A stretch of 64,000 nt of DNA from Eubacteriales bacterium (lineage in GTDB: Bacteria; Bacillota; Clostridia; Oscillospirales; CAG-272). A model generated the notes under the pieces. The model was given only the letters and a program-made list of their open reading frames with translations, ran no database searches and was not told the DNA's origin. How positions within the stretch are numbered: the first letter of the stretch is position 1; each line of letters starts with the position of its first letter. The position numbers and the translations under genes were made by a program. Positions 21,123-30,534 of this stretch are shown one piece after another. Where the stretch lies: assembly GCA_045652425.1 (NCBI GenBank), contig JAZRUG010000032.1:111858-175857 (forward strand), given 5' to 3'.

Positions 21123-21352
21123 TCTTTGCCTCCGACAAAATCACTCTCGATCATTTCGCCCGAATCATTTTTTGACAAAATTTTTATTCTCTGTTCAACG
21201 TTATCAAGCTGAACATTGCACATCTTAACGAGCCTTACACCCTCTTCAAAATATTCAAGGGATTTATCAAGGGGAGCCGATCCGCTTTCAAGCATTCTTA
21301 CGATTTCTTCAAGTCTTGCCAAAGCCTGTTCAAAAGTAATATTGTTATCCAT
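21119..21352 (-). CDS. xseB: Exodeoxyribonuclease VII small subunit
   Basis: FEQALARLEEIVRMLESG..PLDKSL..FEEG. Adjacent to xseA. Confidence 0.95.
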   Translation of the reverse strand: MDNNITFEQALARLEEIVRMLESGSAPLDKSLEYFEEGVRLVKMCNVQLDNVEQRIKILSKNDSGEMIESDFVGGKE

Positions 21353-22568
21353 TTTTTGTTTTTCCTTTCACTTCAGCAGACACACTTCCGTCTACTGTCT
21401 TAAAATTCAACACGTCGCCAACATCAACTTGGTCAACACTCTTTATGAGCTGTCCGTCATCCGAAAAAACAGCCGAATACCCACGCGAAATTACAGACAT
21501 TGGATTCAAAGCCTCAAGCTTTGACGTATAACGCGCAAATACTTCTTTCTTCAAACTTAACGAATACTTCATACCGTTTTCCATTCTCGCATCAAGATTC
21601 ATAAGTTGAACACGTCTGTCATCCACAATATAATCAGGGGTATTTAAAACACGCTTTCCCGCAAGTTCGTTAAGCTTCTGTCTGTTGTTTTTTATGTTGT
21701 GCATAATCAGCATATCCATTCTGCCGATTATGTTTAATATCTTCTGCTTAAGCTCCATCGTTTCGGGAACTGCAAGTTCTGCAGCCGCTGAAGGTGTGGG
21801 TGCGCGTCTGTCTGCAACAAAATCGCATATAGTAAAATCAGTCTCGTGTCCTACCGCTGATATTACCGGAATCTTCGATGCAAATATCTCTCGTGCCAAT
21901 CCCTCGTCGTTAAATGCCCATAGGTCTTCTATTGAGCCGCCTCCTCTGCCTATTATAATAACGTCAACGTTATTAGCGGAGTTAAAGTACTTCATACCGG
22001 CTATAAGCTGCACCGGCGCACCGTCTCCCTGAACAAGCGCAGGATACAAAATGCCTTCGGCGTAAGGAAAACGCCGTCCAAGGATATTTATTATATCTCT
22101 TATAGCCGCCCCTGTCGGCGAAGTAATAATCCCAACCCTTTTAGGTATTTTAGGCAACGGCTTTTTATACATAGGACTAAACAGTCCCTCTTTTTCAAGT
22201 TTTGCTTTCAACTGTTCATAGGCTATATATAAAGCCCCTATACCGTCAGGCTCCATATTATCTGCATATAGCTGATACTGACCGTCTTTGGGATATGCAG
22301 AAACTTTGCCGTGAAGAATAATCTTCATACCGTTTTCGGGAACAAATTTCAGTTTTTCGGCAAACCCCTTAAACATAATACATCTAATAAGACTGTTTTC
22401 ATCTTTTAAAGTAAAATAAAAGTGTCCGGTCTTGTAGTGATTAGTAAAGTTTGAAATTTCGCCCTTTACAAATAAACTTCGCAGTACGGGCTGTCCTTCG
22501 ATCACAGCCTTTATATATTCATTTAATTGGGAAACGGTGATTATCCGTCTTGTTTCTTCTGCCACCAT
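21345..22568 (-). CDS. xseA: Exodeoxyribonuclease VII large subunit
   Basis: GEISNF, ITSPTGAAIRD, RGGGSIEDLWAFN, SAVGHETD and PTPSAAAE motifs. Confidence 0.96.
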   Translation of the reverse strand: MVAEETRRIITVSQLNEYIKAVIEGQPVLRSLFVKGEISNFTNHYKTGHFYFTLKDENSLIRCIMFKGFAEKLKFVPENGMKIILHGKVSAYPKDGQYQLYADNMEPDGIGALYIAYEQLKAKLEKEGLFSPMYKKPLPKIPKRVGIITSPTGAAIRDIINILGRRFPYAEGILYPALVQGDGAPVQLIAGMKYFNSANNVDVIIIGRGGGSIEDLWAFNDEGLAREIFASKIPVISAVGHETDFTICDFVADRRAPTPSAAAELAVPETMELKQKILNIIGRMDMLIMHNIKNNRQKLNELAGKRVLNTPDYIVDDRRVQLMNLDARMENGMKYSLSLKKEVFARYTSKLEALNPMSVISRGYSAVFSDDGQLIKSVDQVDVGDVLNFKTVDGSVSAEVKGKTKNG

Positions 22569-22587
22569 ATTCCCTCACTTTCATTTT

Positions 22588-23508
22588 TTATTTGCTTAAA
22601 TAAGCATCTCTTGTAAGCAGTGCAATGCCTGCCGCATTATCCGCCGAAAACGCTCTTTCGGCAAAATATGAACTTTCGTATTTTGACAATGCTTTTTTTA
22701 TTGCACCGTTACTCATAACTCCACCAGCAAAAATTATCGGAAGACTGTATTCATTCCTTAAATTTTCCGTAAGTTTGTCTAATGTCATTTCAACGTATTT
22801 TAATGCATACAAAGATATGTCTTCGGGCGAAAATCCCATATCTTTAAATTTTATAACCTTATTTTCAAGTCCCGACAGGTTACAATTTAACCCTTTAACG
22901 CATATTTTCGGCTTCTCGGGTAATTTGCCTTTCAAAGCCAAAGCCTCCAAAGCAGGTCCACAAGGAAATTTTAATCCTAACAATACACCGGTTCTGTCAA
23001 TAGCCTGTCCTGCATTAAGGTCGAGCGTTCCACCGATATTTTCAATTTTAAGCTTTCCCTCGGTTCCATCGCATAAAAGTATTTCCGTCGTTCCTCCCGA
23101 AACATGAAAAGCGTTAAATTTTCTTTTTAACAAATCCATTCGCTCTGCCGAATATGCCGCCGCAACCACGTGTCCGTTCTGATGTGAAAACTTATATACC
23201 GGTACGCCTATCAATTTACCAAGTGATTGAGCAAAACTCTCGCCGGCTTTAAAGCACGGCATATATGAGCCTTCTGCATCACGGGGCTTTGAAGATACCC
23301 CTACGGCAATAATATCTTGAGTACCAATTCTTTCGGCGACAACAGGCAGATTGTTTATATGCGAAAAAACAGCATCACTTTGTCTGAGACCTCTTTCGCC
23401 CTCTTTAACCTCGAGTAATATCTTCTCATTCAAGAGTATACCTTTCGAATCGCATACTGCCATTGACGTTGTATAATTACTCGTGTCTACACCGAGAAAA
23501 ACACCCAT
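22588..23508 (-). CDS. Kae1/TsaD-like (peptidase M22) ASKHA-fold protein
   Basis: LGVDTSNYTTS, HQNGH, HVSGGTT, DLNAGQAIDR, GGVMSN and DNAAG motifs. Probably the clostridial paralog found next to nusB rather than canonical TsaD. Confidence 0.8.
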   Translation of the reverse strand: MGVFLGVDTSNYTTSMAVCDSKGILLNEKILLEVKEGERGLRQSDAVFSHINNLPVVAERIGTQDIIAVGVSSKPRDAEGSYMPCFKAGESFAQSLGKLIGVPVYKFSHQNGHVVAAAYSAERMDLLKRKFNAFHVSGGTTEILLCDGTEGKLKIENIGGTLDLNAGQAIDRTGVLLGLKFPCGPALEALALKGKLPEKPKICVKGLNCNLSGLENKVIKFKDMGFSPEDISLYALKYVEMTLDKLTENLRNEYSLPIIFAGGVMSNGAIKKALSKYESSYFAERAFSADNAAGIALLTRDAYLSK

Positions 23509-23918
23509 TATTTTTTGAGTCCCTCGTTTTCGGCAATCTTATTCAAAACACCGTTAATAAACGAAGGCGCTTTGTCATAATCAAATTTCTTTGCCAACTC
23601 AATAGCCTCGTTAATTGATATATTGAATGGTACGTCTTCGCAGAAAAGCATTTCATACACACAGATACGCATAATCGCAAGTGAAACCTTGGATATTCTC
23701 TCAAGTTTCCAACCTTTTGCATTTTCTTCTATCTTCTTGTCAACAGTTTCAAGTTCAGCCATAACGCCAAAGAAAACTCGTTCAGTAAATTCATCGTATT
23801 CGATAACCCCTAAATCCTGCGCCGTCTGAAACAAATCGGCTGAATTGACGTTATCTTTTTGAAATTCGGTCTCAAAAACCAAGTAAAAAACATTTTCTCT
23901 CGCCTGTCGTCTGTTCAT
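23508..23918 (-). CDS. nusB: Transcription antitermination factor NusB
   Basis: RRQARE, ISINEAIELAKKF and FINGVL motifs. Confidence 0.95.
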   Translation of the reverse strand: MNRRQARENVFYLVFETEFQKDNVNSADLFQTAQDLGVIEYDEFTERVFFGVMAELETVDKKIEENAKGWKLERISKVSLAIMRICVYEMLFCEDVPFNISINEAIELAKKFDYDKAPSFINGVLNKIAENEGLKK

Positions 23919-24186
23919 ATTTGACTCCTCTTACATTTTTATACAGTTAATCAGTGTATATTATATACTTTTTCGCATAAAAAGTCAATATTTATGCGAT
24001 TATATGTTTATATTAGTTATAAAAACATTCCGTCAAAAAAAGAAAATGGAGTTTTTTAGCAGAATATATATTTTTTTTCAAATTTTCCCTTGCAATAAAG
24101 CACAAATGTGATATAATGTAATTGATTATATCCTAATTCAGTACACAGTTTTGTGCTGAAATATATTAAAATAAAAGAGGTGCGCT

Positions 24187-25158
24187 ATGAACAACAAGTA
24201 CATTGGTAACAGAATGCAGTTATTTGACGTGAGAGAGTACAAATTCAGCAACGGAAAAGCAGAAGGAACTCGCGCAATTGATATTTGGAACGGTGCAAAT
24301 CTCCATTTCACAGTTCTTCCCGACCGTTGTCTCGACCTTTTTACAGTACGTTTTAAAAATAAAAATATGGCATTCCACACCCCCAACGGTGTTGTAAATC
24401 CCGCATATTATAACGAACTCGGCAACGTTTGGTTGCGTTCTTTCGGCGGCGGTTTTCTGGCTACCTGCGGTCTCAAGAATTACGGAGGAGCAGACGGCAC
24501 AAATCCCGAACTTACGTTCCACGGCAGAATGAGTAATACGCCCTGCGAACATCTCAACATAGAAATCCCCGAAGACGGAAGTTCCGTTACAATTTCAGGA
24601 GTTATGCGTGAGGCCATCCTGTTTGGTTCAAACATGTCATTAACTCGTTCTATTACGTGTAAATATGGTGAAGATAAGATATTTGTTAAAGACGTTATTA
24701 AAAACGAAGGCTTTACAGATACCCATCTTTCTATGCTTTATCATTTCAATTTTGGTTATCCGCTTATGTCGGAAAACTCAAAAATAGTTATCCCTTCAAC
24801 AAAATGTCATCCTTTCAATGCTTTGGCAAAAGAAAATCCTGAAGCTTGGAAATATTTTGAAGCTCCCCAGGATGAGTTCGGAGAAATGTTGTTTGAACAT
24901 GAACTTTCCGAAAAATGCTTCGGTATTGATAACGCTGATATTAACACAAAACTCAGAATCAACTACCTCTCCCCTGCACTCACAAACTTCCTCGAATGGA
25001 AGGCTTGTCAGTCGGGCACTTACGTTTGCGGTCTTGAACCTATGACTGCAACTAACTCCGGTTTTAAGGCTAACGTTGAAAACGGTACACAAAAATATCT
25101 TAAAGCTCAAGAAAAGGTTGTAAACACCTTTGAAATCAGCTTCTCTGACCTTGATTAA
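24187..25158 (+). CDS. Aldose 1-epimerase-like / DUF4432 family protein
   Basis: TVLPDRCLD, GGFLATCGL, HGR, LYHFNFGYPL and YVCGLEP motifs. TTGCAA..TGATATAAT promoter at about 24090-24117. Confidence 0.8.
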   Translation: MNNKYIGNRMQLFDVREYKFSNGKAEGTRAIDIWNGANLHFTVLPDRCLDLFTVRFKNKNMAFHTPNGVVNPAYYNELGNVWLRSFGGGFLATCGLKNYGGADGTNPELTFHGRMSNTPCEHLNIEIPEDGSSVTISGVMREAILFGSNMSLTRSITCKYGEDKIFVKDVIKNEGFTDTHLSMLYHFNFGYPLMSENSKIVIPSTKCHPFNALAKENPEAWKYFEAPQDEFGEMLFEHELSEKCFGIDNADINTKLRINYLSPALTNFLEWKACQSGTYVCGLEPMTATNSGFKANVENGTQKYLKAQEKVVNTFEISFSDLD

Positions 25159-25161
25159 GAG

Positions 25162-25623
25162 GTGTCTTTGCTTAAAATGAAAACCAAATTTTTGAAATCT
25201 GTTTACGGCATTTTCCAAAACGCATGTGTGATTTTCACAATATGCGTTTTGGTATGTTCGTTTATTGCATTTGCCGCAGGGGCAAATGCAGGTAATTACC
25301 TTAATATTTCTGCGCTGTTGCTGTTGGCTCTTCTTTCTCTCTGGTTGTCTCTTTCATCGCTTCTTTTGAAGCCTAAAAAACTTAATATTATTCTCCGCGT
25401 TATTCTGAACTTTATATCTTCTATTGTCGGCATGTACGTTATACTGTTTGGCATTTCGGAAAAATCGGAAAATAGCGCGTTTGCATTTACTTTTACTATT
25501 GTTTTTTCTGTAGTTTACATACTTGCAGCTACGGTAGTTTTAGTTATAAAGAGTAAATCAGACAAAAAGAAAGCAGAAAAAGAAAATTACGATTCGGTAT
25601 ATAAAAAAGAAAATAATGATTAA
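25162..25623 (+). CDS. Hypothetical 4-TM membrane protein
   Basis: Four hydrophobic segments and a basic tail, inside the operon. The start may be the ATG at 25177. Confidence 0.7.
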   Translation: MSLLKMKTKFLKSVYGIFQNACVIFTICVLVCSFIAFAAGANAGNYLNISALLLLALLSLWLSLSSLLLKPKKLNIILRVILNFISSIVGMYVILFGISEKSENSAFAFTFTIVFSVVYILAATVVLVIKSKSDKKKAEKENYDSVYKKENND

Positions 25624-25638
25624 AGAAGGTATCGGAAT

Positions 25639-25905
25639 ATGAAACTCAAATATAATTTTATTGTTCGAAACGTTGCAGGACAGGCTGTGGCTCTTCCTGT
25701 TGGAAATACAGATAACGAATTCAGCGGTATGATAAAATTAAATTCCGTAGGTGAATTTATTTTTAAACTCCTTGAAAACGATATTACTATTGATGAAATC
25801 GTTAGTAAGATTACCGAATCCTACGACATATCTGCCGAAGAAGCAAAAAATGCTGTTGACTCTTTTCTTGAAACATTGAAAAATAACGAGCTTATAATTG
25901 AATAA
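25639..25905 (+). CDS. PqqD-family protein (RiPP recognition element fold)
   Basis: 88 aa; FIVRNVAG..MIKLNSVGEFIFKLL..ITESYDIS.EEA..VDSFLETL..ELI pattern. Confidence 0.85.
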   Translation: MKLKYNFIVRNVAGQAVALPVGNTDNEFSGMIKLNSVGEFIFKLLENDITIDEIVSKITESYDISAEEAKNAVDSFLETLKNNELIIE

Positions 25906-25911
25906 AATTAT

Positions 25912-26367
25912 ATGAACACCCAAAAAGAAACAGTAGATTTTGAATCACTTATCGAAAAAGAAGGTATACTAGTACACCTTACTAAAGGGTTCAGTATGAT
26001 GCCACTTATTCGCCAAAACCGAGATACTATCATTGTAAAAAAAATGAAGAATCCCCCAAAAGCAAATGACGTTCTTCTTTACAAGGATAAAAGCGGAAGA
26101 TATGTTCTCCACCGTGTAATTAAAGTCCTAAAAAACGGCTATATCATTCGTGGAGACAATAACTTTTTTAATGAATACGATATTAAAGATGAAAACATAA
26201 TCGGTATTCTCGATGGCTTTTACAGAGATGATAAATATATCGACTGTAACAATAATAAGTTATATAGGATATATATCCAGCTCAACAGACGTACGTATTA
26301 TTTGAGAAAAGGTTATTCCAAAATTCGCTCCCTTCTGTCAAAAATCAAACACGCAATAATAAAATAA
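25912..26367 (+). CDS. S24/S26-family peptidase (signal-peptidase-like, no TM)
   Basis: GFSMMPLI (catalytic Ser), DVLLY..YVLHRVI and IIRGDNN motifs. His sits at the usual Lys position. Confidence 0.82.
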   Translation: MNTQKETVDFESLIEKEGILVHLTKGFSMMPLIRQNRDTIIVKKMKNPPKANDVLLYKDKSGRYVLHRVIKVLKNGYIIRGDNNFFNEYDIKDENIIGILDGFYRDDKYIDCNNNKLYRIYIQLNRRTYYLRKGYSKIRSLLSKIKHAIIK

Positions 26368-26396
26368 AAATACCTGCTTAATGAGCAGGTATTTTT
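26367..26396. terminator. Bidirectional intrinsic terminator
   Basis: AAAATACCTGCT-taatg-AGCAGGTATTTT. Confidence 0.8.
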
Positions 26397-26405
26397 TCAT
26401 TCAAT

Positions 26406-27734
26406 TCAAGCAACCGGAGCAACAGCCTCAACTACATTTTTTTCAGTCAAAGCAGACTTGTTGATTAAGTCATCAACATTTTTTAAAATATCCATTATTT
26501 CAGCAGCCTCCTTTTTCTGTTCCTCTTTATCTCTGTGAATCTTTAAATCAAACATGGAAAGAATTTTCATAGATGTGTCAGCGTCTTTTGTAATACTATT
26601 TACAGACGTCAAAATAAGCATCTTTTTAATAGGCAACATAGCATCACTGCAATTTAACCATTTCCCAAAAGCGTACAGAAATTCATCACTGTATAAAACC
26701 GCCTCTTCTTCTTTTTCAATTCTATTCATAAAATCACTCTCAATTAGATATTCGGTAAAACCAAGAGTGCCTTTTATACAAGTTTGAAAGTCCTTTTCAG
26801 GCATATCAAGCGAAGCGATAAACTCATCGGCAAAAATTTTTTCATCCCCCGTCAAACCGTTAGATGAACTATTATACATATTTACAAGCTCATCCTTTGC
26901 AAGTAAATATAAATCATAAAACCATTCTTGACCGACAAGATTCTTATCAATATATTTTATCAATGATTGAACTTTATCTTTTTGTTCATTTTCGGGAAGA
27001 TTTTCTATTCCATTTAATTGTTCCAAAACACCGCTTACAGAGGAAATCATTTTGGGGAGATTAAGAGTCGAATTTTCTATCTTCGTTTTTGCCAGTCCGT
27101 TATAAATAACTTCCATAGGCTTTGTCTTTGCTGCCTTAAGCAACGGATGATTGCCTATCTTTCCAACAATCTCCGAAGCCAAAACTGTATCTCCTGATTC
27201 GTCGGATGAACTGCTGATATTAATTACTTCTTCAGCTATCGGCACATAAGTTGCCATAGTTCCGTAAATCGGAAGCAACAAAAGCATTGAGAAAACCAAA
27301 GCTTCAACAAAACGCACACCAAGTCCTGCCCAACGCATTTTTTTGCCTTGAGGCTCAAACTTATCTTTTACAATAACACTTGCAATAACTTTTATAATTA
27401 TTGTCAAGAAAAACAATATAGTCGAAAACATAAACAAAGCAATAATGCCCTGTACAAGCCCCTTTGCAAAAAGCTCTATTAAGTTAGAAAACATTTCATC
27501 GGAATCAGCAATATTTTCCGCCATAATTGAGCCATAAATGCTATCAGCCATACCTGCTGCAAAAAACTTTGCTAAAACGGCACTTATAATTCCGGAAACA
27601 ACAGTCGCACCAACCGATACCAAAGAACGATATAAGCCTTTTTTATAACCTCTTACACTATAAATAGAACCATAAACAGAAGCATACAAAAGAAACGGTA
27701 TCCACATCAAAAAAGTTATTAAAGCCGTATTCAC
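26406..27734 (-). CDS. Membrane protein with CvpA-like N-terminus and helical C-terminal domain
   Basis: RGYKKGLYRSLVS followed by TM helices resembles CvpA. GTG start at 27734 behind GAGGTG. Confidence 0.6.
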   Translation of the reverse strand: MNTALITFLMWIPFLLYASVYGSIYSVRGYKKGLYRSLVSVGATVVSGIISAVLAKFFAAGMADSIYGSIMAENIADSDEMFSNLIELFAKGLVQGIIALFMFSTILFFLTIIIKVIASVIVKDKFEPQGKKMRWAGLGVRFVEALVFSMLLLLPIYGTMATYVPIAEEVINISSSSDESGDTVLASEIVGKIGNHPLLKAAKTKPMEVIYNGLAKTKIENSTLNLPKMISSVSGVLEQLNGIENLPENEQKDKVQSLIKYIDKNLVGQEWFYDLYLLAKDELVNMYNSSSNGLTGDEKIFADEFIASLDMPEKDFQTCIKGTLGFTEYLIESDFMNRIEKEEEAVLYSDEFLYAFGKWLNCSDAMLPIKKMLILTSVNSITKDADTSMKILSMFDLKIHRDKEEQKKEAAEIMDILKNVDDLINKSALTEKNVVEAVAPVA

Positions 27735-27803
27735 GAAAACACCTCGCAAACTATTAAAAAATGTTAAGAATATTATATAATTTATTATGTGTTTTGTCAA
27801 CAA

Positions 27804-27843
27804 AAAATATGGTACACAGACTATAGCCGTGTACCATATTTTT
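27804..27843 (-). terminator. Terminator of the aro operon
   Basis: AAAAATATGGTACAC...GTGTACCATATTTTT inverted repeat just after the DAHP synthase stop. Confidence 0.75.
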
Positions 27844-28870
27844 AAAGCATATCAGCAAGTTCAAGTATAAGTTTTTCTGTCTTTTCCCACCCAAGACATG
27901 GATCTGTAATCGACTTACCGTAAACGTGTTCTCCGACACATTGCGCACCGTCTTCAATATAGCTTTCAATCATTAGCCCCTTTACAAGACTCTTTATGTC
28001 AGCGTTCTGCGCTCGGTTTTCAACTACCTCTTTAGCGATTCTTATCTGTTCAAGATATTTTTTTGAAGAGTTTGCATGGTTCGTGTCGATAATTGCGGCA
28101 GGATTTGTAAGTCCTGATTTGGCATACATTTCACATACATCTATCAAATTTTCATAATGATAATTCGATATGTTTTTTCCGGCAAAATCAGTATAGCCGC
28201 GCAATATGGCGTGTGTCAACGGGTTCCCGTCGCTCTTAACTTCCCATCCTCTGTAAATAAAAGTATGACTGCTCTGCGCAGCTTTTATGGAATTCATCAT
28301 AATCGAAAGGTCACCACTCGTTGGGTTCTTCATACCTACAGGAATATCAAGTCCACTTGCAGTCAATCTGTGTTGTTGGTCCTCGGTAGATCTTGCGCCT
28401 ACGGCTACATAAGAAAGTAAATCAGATAAATAACGGTGATTTTCCGGGTAGAGCATTTCGTCAGCACAAGTAAATCCATAGTCTTTTAACGCATCTAAAT
28501 GCATCTCTCTTATAGCTACTATTCCCTTCAACATATCGGGCTTTTCGTCGGGGTTAGGCTGATGAAGCATACCCTTATATCCAGCACCTGTCGTTCTTGG
28601 TTTATTGGTATATATACGGGGAATGATAATAATTTTGTCGTTAACCTCATCCTCTACTCTGCGCAGACGTGAAATATAATCAAAAACCGCCTCGTGATTA
28701 TCTGCGGAACAAGGCCCTATTATAAGCAAAAATTTATCCGATGTCCCCTCAAATACCTCTTTTATTTCCTTATCTCTTTTGTTCTTTATCTGTTCCATTT
28801 CCGCAGACACGGGGTATTCTTCTTTAATAACCTGCGGAATCGGAAGCTTTCTATAAAAATGCATATTCAT
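27842..28870 (-). CDS. aroF: DAHP synthase (class I, AroF/G/H type)
   Basis: IIGPCS, KPRT, AVGARS, PVGMKN, HANS and YGKSITDPCLGW motifs. Confidence 0.92.
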   Translation of the reverse strand: MNMHFYRKLPIPQVIKEEYPVSAEMEQIKNKRDKEIKEVFEGTSDKFLLIIGPCSADNHEAVFDYISRLRRVEDEVNDKIIIIPRIYTNKPRTTGAGYKGMLHQPNPDEKPDMLKGIVAIREMHLDALKDYGFTCADEMLYPENHRYLSDLLSYVAVGARSTEDQQHRLTASGLDIPVGMKNPTSGDLSIMMNSIKAAQSSHTFIYRGWEVKSDGNPLTHAILRGYTDFAGKNISNYHYENLIDVCEMYAKSGLTNPAAIIDTNHANSSKKYLEQIRIAKEVVENRAQNADIKSLVKGLMIESYIEDGAQCVGEHVYGKSITDPCLGWEKTEKLILELADML

Positions 28871-28891
28871 ATATTTTTTCGCTTTCTATCG

Positions 28892-30103
28892 TTAGTTTTC
28901 CTTACTTATCTTTATTCCTAAACTATCTATTTTTTCAAAATAATCGGGGTAGCTTTTTGCTACACTTTCTGCGCCGACTATCGTACCGCCCGTAACAGAA
29001 CAAAGCAAAGATAATGCCATTACTATTCTATGGTCATTATGTCCGTTAAGGTTTTCTGTAGGCTCTTTTAAAAGTCCTTTGTGAACTGTTACCGAGTCTT
29101 CAAAAACAGACACTTCTATTCCAAACTTTGCAAGTTCCTCTGCCATAGCAGCGGCTCTGTCGCTTTCTTTCATCTTTAATCTGGCAGTTCCCGTGAACTC
29201 TGCACCGCCGCAAAACGCTGCCATAGCAAACATAACAGGGGCAAGGTCGGGACAATCGGACAAATCAAACTTTTTTGCGCCGTTTTTTAAATCTCTAAAA
29301 AACTTTTTATAAACTCTGTCACCTTGAAGTGTATCGGGGGTTGTCCCTTCAACCTCCACACTACCGCCTAAAAGATTAAACGCTTCAAGAAAAGCCGCAT
29401 TTGAGCAATCTCCCTCAACGTTATACGTTCCGGCTTTATATTTCTGTCCGCCTTTTATAAAAAACACATTGTCTTTTCTTGATATTTCAACACCAAAAAA
29501 CAGCATAGCTTGAAGTGTCAAATCAATATATGATACACTTTCAAACTTCCCCGTAACAGTCAAAATACTATCATTTTCAAGAAGAGGCAAAACAAACAAG
29601 AGTCCTGTTATAAACTGACTCGAAATATCTCCCGGGACAGCATATTCACCCGCTGTAAGTTTTCCATACACCGTTACACTGTCAATTTTTTTATCAAAAA
29701 ATATCCCTTGTTTATTGCATATATCTTCATATACGCTTAACGGTCTTTCAAAAAGTCTTTCGCTCCCGCAAAAAGTCATTTTCTTACCAAAAAGTAAAGC
29801 TAATGGTATCAAAAATCTTAAAGTACTTCCGCTTTCATTACAAAAAACTTCAACGTTTTCTTTTGTGCTTTTGGAGTCTAATCCGCCAATTTTTACAGAA
29901 TCTCCCTTTTTCTCAACGTAAGCCCCCATATTTTTCAAACAATCTATGGTTGCTTGAATATCTTTAGAATATGCAAGATTACGTATCTCTGCGCTCTCAC
30001 TTAACGCACCGCATATAAGCGCTCTGTGAGCAACGCTTTTTGACGGCGGCGCTTCAATAACACCCTTGGCAATTGATTTTTCTATTCTTACAATCATAAT
30101 CAC
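28892..30103 (-). CDS. aroA: EPSP synthase
   Basis: PPSKSVAHR, NESGSTLRF, SSQFITG, KESDR and DHRI motifs. Confidence 0.95.
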   Translation of the reverse strand: MIMIVRIEKSIAKGVIEAPPSKSVAHRALICGALSESAEIRNLAYSKDIQATIDCLKNMGAYVEKKGDSVKIGGLDSKSTKENVEVFCNESGSTLRFLIPLALLFGKKMTFCGSERLFERPLSVYEDICNKQGIFFDKKIDSVTVYGKLTAGEYAVPGDISSQFITGLLFVLPLLENDSILTVTGKFESVSYIDLTLQAMLFFGVEISRKDNVFFIKGGQKYKAGTYNVEGDCSNAAFLEAFNLLGGSVEVEGTTPDTLQGDRVYKKFFRDLKNGAKKFDLSDCPDLAPVMFAMAAFCGGAEFTGTARLKMKESDRAAAMAEELAKFGIEVSVFEDSVTVHKGLLKEPTENLNGHNDHRIVMALSLLCSVTGGTIVGAESVAKSYPDYFEKIDSLGIKISKEN

Positions 30104-30534
30104 TTACCGTATTTTGTATTCAAATATTCCATAGCTTCAAGGTATCCTTCAAAACCGTGCCCACATATCGTCTTCTCGCAATATTGTCTTACATAACTTA
30201 TCTGTCTGAAATCTTCCCTCTTTGCTACGTCTGATATATGTACTTCAACAGTCGGAATACTAACAGCCTTTAATGCATCGAGCAACGCAACACTTGTGTG
30301 CGTATAAGCGGCAGGATTCATAACAATACCGTCAAATTTACCGTAAGCATCTTGTATCTTGTCAACCAAACAGCCTTCGTGGTTCGATTGATACAACTCA
30401 ATCTCTATATCATTCTCTGAAGCATATTTTTCAATCATTTCACACAAATATGCATAATTTTGTTTACCGTAAAGGTGCGGTTCTCTTATTCCGAGCATAT
30501 TTATATTCGGTCCGTTAATTACAAGTATCTTCAT
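30100..30534 (-). CDS. aroQ: Type II 3-dehydroquinate dehydratase
   Basis: INGPNINMLGIREP..YG, NPAAYTHTSVA and EVHIS motifs. Confidence 0.95.
   Translation of the reverse strand: MKILVINGPNINMLGIREPHLYGKQNYAYLCEMIEKYASENDIEIELYQSNHEGCLVDKIQDAYGKFDGIVMNPAAYTHTSVALLDALKAVSIPTVEVHISDVAKREDFRQISYVRQYCEKTICGHGFEGYLEAMEYLNTKYGK

Noticed and set aside
25162-26367. Lasso peptide gene cluster
   Set aside because: No asparagine-synthetase-like cyclase, transglutaminase-like B2 protease or precursor is visible.
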